This document shows positions 11,345-24,029 of a DNA stretch of 64,000 nt, in pieces. The stretch spans positions 434,001-498,000 of the forward strand of contig JAQGDQ010000012.1 in assembly GCA_030141605.1 (NCBI GenBank). Direction: 5' to 3'. Source of the stretch: Tubiluchus corallicola (lineage: Eukaryota; Animalia; Priapulida). Each line of letters starts with the position of its first letter. Position 1 is the first letter of the stretch. The notes beneath the pieces were generated by a model. The model did not search any database, had not been told where the DNA came from, and saw only the letters and a program-made list of their open reading frames with translations. The position numbers and the translations under genes are program-made.

Positions 11345-14300
11345 ATGGCATCCTGCTGTAGAGCTTGTATGCAATTTTTTGTGACTCTAGCAAAATTTTT
11401 TCCTGTTTTGTTTATATGCGCTATTATAACTTGGTCATATTACGCCTATGTTATTGAACTTTGTACTAGTAAGTAGTCTTGAATAATATACTTCTAAAAG
11501 TGTAACTATACATGTAAGTACAGCGATAGAGCAGTTTTGTATAACTCACCTGGGTGGTATAACTGTATATCCTGTTAGATGAGCAGTGCAAACCTCATTC
11601 TTCTGGGAGCGGATTCACAAAACTTACGAACTGTTTAATTAGATAATTATGTAGCGGGTGTCATTATAGTAATACTTTTTAGAATTTTAATTAGCTGCTG
11701 TAAAAACTACAGTACAGTATGCTTAAATGATGCATACAAGTTTTTTGCATAAAAACACATTATGATCACTGGAAAAAAACTTTGGGAAATAAAAACGAAA
11801 TAGAATGGCAGTCTAAACAGAAGAGATAGTATTATATTTACTGTGTTTTAAACTGAAAACATAGGTAAGCTATAAAACAAAAAAAGGAGCATGTCCGCTG
11901 ATGCAGCATTATAATTTATATATCTTTTTATGCAAAATTAAAGTATGCCTGCAGCTTTGCTATCTATATTCATAAAAAATTATAACTTTATAATTCTTTA
12001 AAAATAGACTTAATTAAAATAATATAGCCCTTGCACACATGTACATGTTGTACGCTACAACATATCGTGTAGCTTTCTGAGATCCACACGCAAATAAAAA
12101 TTAGCAACTAATAAAACCAACAATAACTGAACTGAATTAAAATAAAACAAAATATATTAACTCGTATGCAGCATTATTCTGAAAACTTAAATGTGGAAAC
12201 CTAGCAAGAAAAGTTATTACAGCTCAGTGATGACTGAAGTGAAACTAATTACTTAATTTATTTTAATGACGTAGTAAGGTAGTGGAAACATATTAATTGT
12301 ACTAAAATCCTATTGCAAAGTTACATAATGTAGCTTACTTTGATAAATCTGATGTGTATGATAGGTAAGAACTTCGTAAGAAGGCTTCGTAGATCGCTCT
12401 TGAGAAACTTCTTACGAACTTCATAAAAAGTTCCTACCAAGTCTCTTAAAAACTTGTTAGTGAATCCGGCCACAGGTCGTCAAGTTTAAATGGCCCCAGG
12501 CCCTCAACTAGCTCCGATGGTGGTAGCAATGAATGATGATATTTGTTACAATTAAAGTATTTTATTCCTATCCATGAGTTCTTATCTCTTCCCTTTATGA
12601 TCCATCAGTAATCTGTGTTCTAAAATAAAAGTATTCTTGTTCTTTATGGTGTAAATACTGTGCTATTTGCAAGACTTTAACAAAAAAGCTGGCTTAAATA
12701 AAACGAATGTGAAATTTATCTTCATATTTAAAAAAGAAACCTGTCGCTCATTTATATTACACGACAGTTTTTTGCAAAAAATGTGAAACAATTTTGCAAG
12801 AAATTGTCATTGCAATTACACTAAATTATTGTATCACGACGATTTATCGTGGCACAGCTATGTCGTTTGTATAGTTGATACAGCACATTGCAGTGGTGTG
12901 CAGTGGTTTGTTGAACAAATGCATTGGGCCTAACATGATATTTAAATTCTGGGATGCAGTCTTTCTCAAACATGAAAAATGCAGCTTAAGCCTATTTTAG
13001 CTACATTTATTTAGGTAATAGTTGTTGTATTGTATTGTAGCAGTCGTCTACTAAAGCAAGCTTAATGTTAACATTAACTGTCATTTCTTCATTATTTGCC
13101 CAGAAAATTTTTTATAATCAAACGTAAAATTAAATTATTAGTACGTTGAACTATTAGTAGCTTCCAATGGTTGCGATTACACAAAAAGCTTTGCCTGCCG
13201 TGTAAGTATTACACAGTTGGGTGGCTCCGCAATATTAAATTATTAATGGCTCACATGCAATAGGAAATTTCCGTCTTTTTTTCCTTTTTTTTCCCTTCCT
13301 ACCCACTACACTTGTGCTAATTTCTCCCACTTATCTGATATAGCTCAATGGCAAGATATATCAAATATTAAGATAGCAGAATCTTAATTTAAAATAATAC
13401 ACTCAAATTAAATGTGCAAATAAGAGGCTATTTAATTTACACTTTTATCAAGGTCTGTCATTGCATATCATCATCATTACCAGGACCATGGGGTGGTGTA
13501 ACAAAAGTTGTGTCGCCTCAAAACACAGGCTTTTCTTATTTCGATGATGGGCAGTCACAATGACACGATGAAGAGCATATTTAAAACAGCAAGCACTCAT
13601 ATTTGTGTAGTTGTACTGGGGGTCAAAAATATTTTGTTTTGTTGTTTAAAGAAGGGGTTTTCATTGACCAAGCTTGCAGCAACAAGCAGAGATGTTTATT
13701 AAAGTTAAACACATTAGCTGAAACAGTGCTACTTACAACATACATCAAGTTTCTGGATATATCCTTGAAAATAATAAAATTCGGGCCATTCAACTAATCA
13801 GTAATAGTAAACTGTATGTTGTTTCAAAGCCAACCCATTACGTACTTCCTAGTAATTTTAAAAATAACTTGATGCTAAAGCAAACCACGTAGCATGGTGT
13901 ACAAGTAATAGACAACAGCCTATGTGCCGCAAGGCAAGCGGAGAACCCCCAATTGTTTTTACATGTCGTGTTTTTCGTGTGGTTAGTAAATGGATGTGAT
14001 TAGACAAATTTCAAGGAACCCTAATTATGTTTTGGAAGTTAAGTGACATGCAGTGCTTGCCTTGCATGTATGGACTTCATGCCACTGGCATCTTGTTATC
14101 AGTTTATACATATTTTAATATCAGCAGCAAAGATGATTTGTTAAAAAGCAAGTGTGCCATTATTTTATTGCCACTCAAATTCCTGTTTTTTAACATTTTA
14201 GTTATTAAGTTAAATTTGTGGTAAAAAATATAAATTAGCTTTTACTTGTGATTCTAAAATCTGTATATGTCTTTTATGCTTTGTTTGATCTTTCTTTGAT

Positions 14301-17300
14301 AATTTCAGATAACATTGACAGTGCTGTGCAAAAAGGTAATTATTACGCTAGTGCTAAGCATAAGCTTGTCAAGTTTAGCCTATGACTATTATATAAGTGG
14401 TTGTATTTTTATTTTACATAGGAGTGTAAACATTTTTGTGAAGTTTGTGTGTTCATTTATATCAGTCGTGTACACAAGTCATAATAATAATACTTCTGCT
14501 AAGCCGAGAGTATGTTCTTCTGTTTTAAACATCCTTCAGTTTTATTCATTTGGAAGTTTGTCGAAAAATATTTACAAATTCTGTGCTAAAACAGTTACAT
14601 TTCAAGCCCGTCAGAGCAAAGTTTCTTGCTTAGATTACCTGTTGGATTGTAAACAAATTTTATTTTAAAGTTAGTGAAAAAATATTTAACATATTTACAC
14701 ACTCTGGTCCAGGCTTGCTTTCTTAGAAAAGTTTTAGCTTAAAATTTTGGAAATTTTTAGTTTTTTTGATGAATACCTCAAAAACTAAGACCTGATATTG
14801 AAGACAAATATTCATTCATTGTGACATGTGGACGTAAACAGTCATTAGGCTACGTATGTGTTGAGCTATAATCAGTATCGTTTTCCATTGAGTGAAATAA
14901 GAAATTTTTAATTAATTTTGTATGCATTTTTTTGTTTGAACTGAAATACAAGTTATCATTTTTAAAAAACTAAAAAAGTAGCTTGTCGATAACTGTTGCA
15001 GCTAACGGTGTCAGTGAAATTTGAGTTTTACTAACAGAATTTTTGTATATGTTTGCAATGTGATTGTCATGAGATCATTACAAGATTATCTTTCTAAATT
15101 TATGTATATATGCATCTGAATTTTTCAGCACTTTACTTGATTTTCTACCATGCATTTCTTTTCATCTTTTTGTGGTCTTACTATCAAGTGACTTTCGCGA
15201 AAACTGGATCTGTGCCACCTGAGGTAATAAGCATTGAATTCTACATAGTGATTAAATTAACAGTTTTTGAAGATATTAGTTATTAATCAATAGACATTAT
15301 GATTTTTGCCTGTTTAGTGCAGTGCGAAATGCTGACACAGACAAAAACGTAGTACATAAAAACCTTTCAGAAAGAGTCATCAGAAGCCATTAGCATTGCT
15401 GTGAAGTACCTTTTAATGGCAAATTGAGAAAATTTTTCTATTTATAGTTTTATTTACCAATACATGAGGTAGAGGAATTGGAAAATGCATATACAAATGA
15501 GAACTTGCAAAAGCAGATACTAGCGAGATGTGCCAAACAGCTTCCAATAATGTGCCGTACCATAACTGGCTGTAAGTATTATGTATTAAAGAAATGTATG
15601 TGTAGTTATCTCCTGTACAATATTGATAGAGAAACTCGTACTAACAAACATTAGTATTCATTCAAAAGACAAGAATGAGCTGAAACACCAGACTGGCTAC
15701 CAGAATCATATTTTTATTGAATCACCTGTTAATACTTGATAATTAGCTAACTTCCAGTCCCACCACAATGATCTAGTACTGAGAGGAGTAAGTAGACCCA
15801 GCAGTTGAGCACTGAGTCATGGTTTGCAAAGTGCTGAACTGTATAAAAAATTTTCAACTTTCCCATTATTTTTCCTGCGAGTTCAGTATTATTGCTTCAA
15901 AATGTACCAGTTAATTCATAATTATGAAATATAATAAATAACTTACATACTTGTGTAATTATTCTTATATATTAAATTTAGAAACAAAGTAAGCAAAATT
16001 ATATCCATCATATATAAGCTGCTGCACAAAATCACAAAATCTAGCAACACTCATGAAAACTTATTACAGTTTAGTATATCCATATTTAATTTGTGGTATC
16101 ATGTGTTGCTTTGGAGCTTACAAGTCTGATCTAGTTGAACTCCAAAGGACTCAAAATAAAATTCTTGAAGTAATCCATACAGTTATGAAACTAATGTAAT
16201 ATAGAGTCTAACACTTTTATGAATTTTGTTATAAATTATTACTTCCGACATTTTCTGAGACATTTCTTCAACTCATAGTAACTATACGGAATTTGATTTC
16301 TTCTAACTATTTTATGCTACAGCACTTGACTAACGTGTTCCAACAAATGACTAAATATAATACTATAAATTTTTTTTATCGTACCTGAAGAAATTAAATT
16401 GCTTAATTAAAGTGAATTTATTTGATTGTTATTTCTTATTCATTTGCAAACTGTGCTCTAATTGCATCTACTTTAAGAAATATTGTTAGTACAGTAGGCG
16501 CCGCTTCATAGACTCACGGTTAATAGACTCAATTGCGTAATTGACTCAAAAACGCCTGGAACGGGCCGCTTCTATTCAAATATACATAAAAACTATCGGT
16601 AACTGACTCAAATAACTCCACTTAATTGACTCAATATTTTCCTTCACCTACTTAAAATAAGATATTTGTATGTGCCCAAACAACCTTTCCTGCTTTTATG
16701 TTATCTTTACTTCACTTTTGTGCACTGTCGATGCAGAAACAATCATATTAAGTACTGTTTTGTTTGTAAGCAGGTACGTTTATCATGCGCTAATACACTA
16801 GTGTAGCGGTTTTGCTTTGAATCTGTTACCCGCTCGCCCACTGTTACCCAAAGAATCTCTGGAAGCTAAACAAGTTGCCAAGCGGTTTCGTTTTGATGCT
16901 CTCGTTGCAAATCACGCTTTCAGGCTTAATCAGTTAACAGTCAAAGATGCAGGTACAGTAATCAGTCGGTATTCCTTGTGACTTACAAGACTGAACATTA
17001 TGTAGCAAGTAAGAACAATGTAAGTCAGCAGACGATTCAGAACTATTTTAGTCATGCACAACAACAGATTTTCAACGTTTTTATAATTACGAGAACTTTG
17101 TTGGCTAACTTCTTCGTAGGAAAATGAAGCGGCCGACCTTGAAGGAATTTTTGTAATTTTTGCAAATAAAGAGACTTAGAAAAGTCTGTGATGTAGAAAA
17201 GTATACTTTTTAATTTATTGCTAATTCACTTATATAAATTAATATTTAAAAAAAAATTCTAATTTTTAACTATACAAAGGAATTTAGGGATTGGTTCATT

Positions 17301-20300
17301 TCTAAAATTCATTAAAAACCGTTGCAATGCATAGTAAGCTGATGACTCCTAGTTCTATACCTGTATCATGCTCTTAGTTCTATACCTGTAATACTACACC
17401 CATGGGTTAATAGGTTCACTTGGTTAATTGGGCCAAAACATGTCGGTCCCAAAGTGAGTCTATTAAGCAGTGCCTACTATATCAGGGAACAAAATTTCAC
17501 AGTTTTTTTACTTGTTAAATGCTTAATCATTTATCTGTTGCTAAGCCACAGTGGTAGTATTTGTACTCAAAGTTTCATAAGTAATCCAGATTACAATTTA
17601 GTGTTTTCAATTGTAATGTTGTCATTTATGGTACCTATCTGAAGGAGGAAGATTAGACACTTGCTCCTTCTTTCCGTTAGGACAATATTTCACAAATTAT
17701 TATTATGAGTGTACTCGTAGTGTATTTGTTATTGTAAAATAAATTTATTCTATTTTATTCTATTAAAGTAAGTAAAATTCTTTTTGCATTTAACTTACTG
17801 AAGACAAGTTATAAGTAACAATTTTTATTTACTAAATTTCAGGTCACCGTTACTGTGAAAAGTGTAGATGCTTAAAACCCGACAGGTGCCACCATTGTTC
17901 CACCTGTGGCACGTGTGTTCTAAAGATGGACCACCACTGTCCTTGGTGAGTTTATACATCTTAACAGTTAGCTTGTGATCTGAGCATGGTATTCAAAAAA
18001 TCCATGTACTTATAATTGTAATGATGTGTCTAATGTAAGACATTTTTAAAGACAAAACTCGGATGTCAGCAGTCCCAATCTCAGGTTTGCAACCATCACT
18101 CACTACCTGACTACAACCTTACTGGCAGCAGTACTTCCTTAACAATCCAATAATTATTGGGCAACTCCTCTCAGAGTTATTGTAGTAGCTCTGTTGAATC
18201 GCTAGTTGATGTAGAGGCTCGTATCAGTTGTAATGCCAATTCACATTTAATGTAATAGCTAGTTGATGTCATATATGGTCAGAAACACCATAGTAAGTGA
18301 TCATGATCATCTTCAAATAAATCAAGCAACTACAACAGTTTTTCTCATACTTAATGTTTTATAACTGTGCCTGCTCCAATTATGTTTTTACTTCCATATT
18401 ATGCTTTTCTTACTTCATATATATTCACTTTATTATGATTATTTTGCTCATTGTTTCACAGTTATTATTAAGTTTTTATTATATTTTGTTTGAGTTTATT
18501 ACTACATATTTTGTTTCTTTCACTGATTTATTATTTATGTTTTTTGTTGTTCTTTTTTGGTTTGACTTTTTTCTAGTTTTTTGTTTTAATCAGTTAGTTA
18601 AATGCTTTACATATTTTGTTAATCATCACTTCATATTTTTCATTTTATTTCTTTGTTGCATAGCTTACTTAGTTGTTTCGCTTTCATGTTTATTGTATCC
18701 CCCCATAAATTCATGTTAACAGCAGCACCACAAATTTTTTACAATTTTCACTAACCTGAGAAGGGTAGCTGACTCGATGACCAATTGGTCTTTCGCTACC
18801 CTTTCTCCTGCACCCCCCTTAACTCTTTCCTTTATGCTTAATTTATCCTTTTTAATCAATAACTAAAAAAAAATAATTAGCCAATTTGTATACAGGTGTA
18901 AATGAGGAGATAAATAAAAATGTCTATGTCTATGACTTTTGTTCTAGATCAATGAGAACATTTCTATCAAAATTTAATGCTATTGCTGTTGTTCATTTCA
19001 TTTTGATTCAGAAATTTCATCTTTATTGCAGCAGCATCAATGCTGCATCATTGCGGTCATCTGTGTAACCGTTATCTTGTAACCGTATCTTATCGAAATG
19101 GAACTAACTCGACTAAGGCCTTATTGCATTATTCCGGGCGCTATTATTAAGTTGATGAGTTATTTATGTGCAACAGTATTGAACAAGAGGTATGCAGCAA
19201 TGTAGGCTAATTTAATTATGAAGTTTTTAAGTTATTTAGCAAAACTAAATTAACTTAATTTTGTTGTTGCCAAGAACTGTTTTTTGGCTGCTTACCCAAT
19301 GTGTGTTTTATGAATTATGTGTTTATTCCTTCCTAATTAGTCATCATGTGTCACTCGTAATAATGAAATAGTTTTTGTTTTTCAGGGTGAATAACTGCGT
19401 AAATTTTACAAATTATAAATACTTCATGTTATTTCTTGGAACTGGAGCAGTGTATTGCCTTTATGTTGGATTCACGTCTATGCCTACATTCCTAAGTATA
19501 TTTTCAGTAAGTATATATTTACTTGATAAATAATTCAAAGCAGCAAAGACACTTCTCAAAAGTGAATCGTTTACAAGATATATTTACAAACTCAAATGAT
19601 TACAGCAAGTTAGAATTTTATAAGGATGATCATTAAAGATAACAACCTTTTTCTGCCAAATAATCTACGTACTTGTTGAAAAAACTTGCACTTCCGTAAA
19701 CTGTGCAGTATTTTTGTGCCACTAAATATTTCTAAAAAATATCTATTTTTTACTTCTAGCCAAGTTTTTACCTCTTTAAAATGATGACTTGTACTTAAGT
19801 GCCTTTTCTGACCCAAACTGACCCAACTTTAATTCAGAAGTTCTAAATTACCGGTATTGAAAAATGTTTCGTAAAGTAATATGCTTACTGATAATTTTAT
19901 GTACCTTTAAAACTTTAGGTTAACAAACTGATCCAGTTATGGTTTGCTCACTTTGAAACAAGTCACTTGAGTTTTTTCTTGGGTCTTTTACTTAGCGTAG
20001 GCTTTTAAGCAGTGGTGATGTAATTTGTGTTGCATTTTGATTCACCCTTTGTGAAACTGCTATGAAATCTTATTGTGCAAACTTAATATGCTTAGTACTT
20101 AACTTGCTCAAATATGTGAACCCTTACGAGAAGGAAAAGTCAGTTTTCCAAATTTAACAGTTTAGATACAATAGTCGTTTTTAAACAGAATATGTCAGGC
20201 ATGAAAAAGTGTTAGAAAGTTCTACGGTCTTTGTATTTTTGCTACTGTGATTGCCGCATACTTACCATTCGTTTTTTCAGGATGGCTTCGGCATAGAAAA

Positions 20301-21648
20301 GATGCAAGTGATGTTTCTCTTTTTCATTGGGATGCTGTTCTCTGTCAGTTTGATCTCATTACTTGGATACCACTTGTACCTTACATCCAAGAACAGAACA
20401 ACTTTAGGTAGGTTATGTAAGGGATTTTAGTAATATTTGCCATCAAAAATATATTTTTCCACAGAATGTCTAAATTTACACTTTTACCAACAATAAAATT
20501 TAGTAGTTTTAAGCTTTTAATAGGCAGCAAAAATAAACCTGTCAGCATTGGTTTATTGTACATGGCTGAGTAACATGCCATTTACAGAAAAAATGTGAAA
20601 GTAAATGTTTTACTAATAAAAAAATACACAATTTGTAAAACTTACCAGTACTGTATGGCACAAGAATAATTACAGCAAATTCTAATTTTAAATCATGTAC
20701 TTCAAACAATGATTCATTTTGTTGGTATTGAATGCAAAAATTGCAAAAGATAAAAGATTGTCCAGGCGTCTCAGTTGCCCTTCTGGTCTCGTGGCCCTTT
20801 AGTTGTAGGATTCTTATTGTTCAGTCCATCGTGTGTCAAGTTTGGCGATTGGCTGAGCTAACTAACAGAAGTTTTTTAGGTTTAGGTGTAGTTACTAGAT
20901 TTCTTGAGTTACTACATTTCGTAAAGAAATATTAGTGGAAAATGGAGTTATTAGGTAAGTTTAATATGAAAAATAAAACTTCGTCGATTTACACCATGTA
21001 GAATTATACATGGAACATACTCTTATAAAAACTTCAATTTGGCCAAAAATGGAATTAACCTACTACATTTTTCATCAAATGGAAGAGGCATACTCTGTAG
21101 GGAAAAATGAAAAAATTTCTGCTTGCGTGTTGTGCACCATGTGAATTTAACGTTTCATTTTTAAGTTATTGTTATAGTACATATGTTCTGCCTTGGTTTT
21201 TTCAGAATCGTTCCGTTCACCTGTCTTTGTGACAGGAATAGATGAAAATGGCTTCAACCTTGGCACCACTGCCAACTTCCAGGAAGTCTTCGGGGACAAT
21301 TGCACAAAGTGGTTCATACCAGTCTTTTCCGGGTAAATGTATTTTAATTGGTCTTTCGTAAACTACTGATATTATCTCGTTTCACGTCGACAACTAACAT
21401 TCTAATCACAAATGTTGCAACCTGTTGTAAACCTACTCTACATATCAGTTGGCACCTGCCTTCATGAATATTCTTCAAGCGCACTAAATGAATATAAAAT
21501 GCCTATGAACACTTTCACAATTAAAAGCAACTGAAGCTGTTGAACATTGAGACTGTTACTTGTAATAATTATTACTTGACTTTTTTACAGCCTAGGTGAT
21601 GGGGTCAGGTTTCCAACGCGAACAGCTACATATTACACTGCTGCATAA
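11345..21648 (+). CDS. ZDHHC2/15/20: DHHC palmitoyltransferase, ZDHHC2/15/20 family, tandem copy A (9 coding exons, about 301 aa)
   Basis: GT-AG exons: 11345-11468, 14309-14335, 15129-15223, 15448-15571, 17843-17945, 19386-19506, 20281-20407, 21206-21332, 21591-21648 (906 nt, in frame). Motifs: [77 protein letters not shown] at 21739. Confidence 0.95.
11606..12472. mobile_element. MITE, PIF/Harbinger-like, in ZDHHC-A intron 1
   Basis: Imperfect TIRs GGAGCGGATTCACAAAAC and GTTAGTGAATCCGGCCA, flanked by CTG and CAG; subterminal CTTACGAA/TTCGTAAG repeats. Confidence 0.55.
16492..17479. mobile_element. pogo/Tigger-type (Tc1/mariner) MITE in ZDHHC-A intron 4
   Basis: 26-bp TIRs CAGTAGGCGCCGCTTCATAGACTCAC and GTGAGTCTATTAAGCAGTGCCTACTA, both flanked by TA. 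Subterminal TAATTGACTCA repeats; no ORF. Confidence 0.85.
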
Positions 21649-24029
21649 GTACAAGCAGGCTACAGGGACAATTTTGTGATAACAAACATTCTTTTTTATC
21701 TTACTCTTCCAACTTTTAGCAGCTGTTCAGTAACCCTGAATAAAAAGTTACTTTTAAGTTCTTTTACAAAATTACATATATTGCGAATCTAAGGAATTTC
21801 AATGACTTTGCTCTTCATTGATGGTATAGCGATGTGCATTTTACATTTTTATTAGTGTGCTAATTTAAATAAGGTTGTGACTAAGTCCAGTTTTTAGTAT
21901 AAGGCCAATGGTGTTCACAATCAACTTAGCAATAACAGTCCGGCATTTGGTGGACAAAGAAAAGTAATCGTTAATAATGTGCATAAACAAAAAAGTGGTC
22001 ATACTTTGGTCATTCACTCACCAATGTACGATTTATGATTTTCCACTCTCTTAAACAAAGACTGTGTGATACCTTTTTGTTTTTACCTTCACAAGTGATC
22101 ATATAAGTTTTTACTGATGAAGAAGTTATAATGTCTACGTGTTTCAGTTAAATGTTAAATAACTTGCTAATGATAACTTGATAATTTATGTAAGAATCCA
22201 CAGCAGTACTGTATTATTTTTGTAGTTTGAATTTTCTTTGCAGTTGGAGTATGCCTTTTCCTTATTGGTAAGATATAATCATTTCAGCCACTGAGAAAAA
22301 ACTGGAATTTTCCAGACAAATTTGATAAATGTTTGCAGTGAATTATAAGCTAATTTGCAAGTTCCAAAGGTACAGGTAGGCAGTATATAAATTATGTTAC
22401 TGCTTTGTTTTGAGATTGATAATTATACAAACCTTTTGGGAAAATTTTTTGTGCAACAAAATGAAGAAAGTAGTCTTTTGGCTAAATCTTATAAATGTGG
22501 GTTTTAAATAGTGTACTCTTCTGTCCAAGTTTTGTTTAAATTACTTTAGAATTTTTCCAACTTTTAACAGTACATTTCTTTTAATGTTAGCACCTTTCTC
22601 CAATGAAGTTTCTCCAAAGGTATTACATTTGTCTAATCCTGTGGCTACACAGAAATGCAGTCATGCAACTTTATAACGAATTATCTGAAAAGTCACATTT
22701 TAGAGCATGTTCTTGATTAATGATCGATATTAATTCAGATAATAATTTTAGTATTTTTATCTATCCCTTAAATATGGTTTATAGTATTTTAATACTTTTC
22801 TAGACATTGTGATCCTGAAGCTTAAAATATCCACCTAGTGATGAAGTTGTTCTGTGTGTTTGTTTACACATTGTTACCTTAACATGGAACATTTTTGTAT
22901 TTGGGAAATGATAATATTCAAAAGCTTCTGGACTACAGAAGCATATCGCAAAGAGTTTTGTTACTGGTAGAGTTTTAAGATAATTGCAAGTATTTGTTTT
23001 AGTTTCAATTGGATGCTCCAGTAATACATTATCTATAATCAATGGGATGATGTTAAGTCTTCTTGCTGTAGTGTATATAATATGAATCACAATCCCATTA
23101 TCCATGTGATCCATAATTCAGCAATTATGAAAAATAGCTAAAAATTTTTCTTTTGTTAACTGCAGTAACTTATGTCATTTGTATGTTATGATAAATTTTA
23201 CTTTGATATTGGCACCTAGGCTAGAAATGATTTTTTTATTTTTCAACCATTTGAAGTATATATTATTATTAAGCATTAATAATGTTTGTAAAAATTTTAG
23301 TTATTTAACGATGATTATTATTGTTACAACTAGACTAGTTTATATTTATTTATTGAAATGAATGTATTAAATAAATAAATTGTGACATTTATTATGTAAT
23401 GACTATTGTTAACTAGTATTACCAGTTTTTATTGAGAATAATATTATAGCTACATTACATAACAATAATTATGAAACTTAATTTTTTGTACTTTGTAGCA
23501 ATACTCAATGCCAGGGTTTTAGTAAGGCGGCTGTGATGAAGCTATATTCTACAGCTCATTAGTAATCGTAAAAAATGAAGGTGTACTAGCACAGGTACCT
23601 TAGCCATTATTATTTTGGGGCAATTAATAAATGATTACCTCTTTTAAATTAAGTAGATTTATCACTGTGCTAGGATTTTTTGTCACTGCATAGAGTAATT
23701 GTTTTACCGTAAGAGATTGATATACAAATTAGGCAATATTGCATAATAATTATAAATTTAGAAACTGTGCACTACCAAAAAGGAAGAAAAAAGAGAAAAT
23801 GATTAACTTGGCAACAAAATCTGCAAGGCTACAATTGTTACCAAAACATCAGTATGAAAATGAAGAAAGTGTGCACTGTACAATAATAATAATTATTATT
23901 AATGACAGTGTTAACTTAAGTTGAATAACGCCTATTACTGTCTTAGTTACCTTCGATTGCGGTTTTCATTTAGCTTAGACTACTTACGCGGTGCATCTGT
24001 TACCCGAGAGTTGCCATACGAAATGACAA

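Noticed and set aside
18354-18719. 121-aa hydrophobic ORF in ZDHHC-A intron 5
   Set aside because: T-rich low-complexity tract that yields F/L/I codons; no motif and no credible splice sites.
19386-19420. Loss of the Gly in the DHHC consensus CVGxxN (CVNF in copy A, CISF in copy B)
   Set aside because: Asn/Ser at this position occurs in other invertebrate members of this subfamily, so it does not indicate inactivation.
22800-23114. 104-aa minus-strand ORF between the ZDHHC copies
   Set aside because: No domain; it lies in the probable 3'UTR or intergenic region of copy A.
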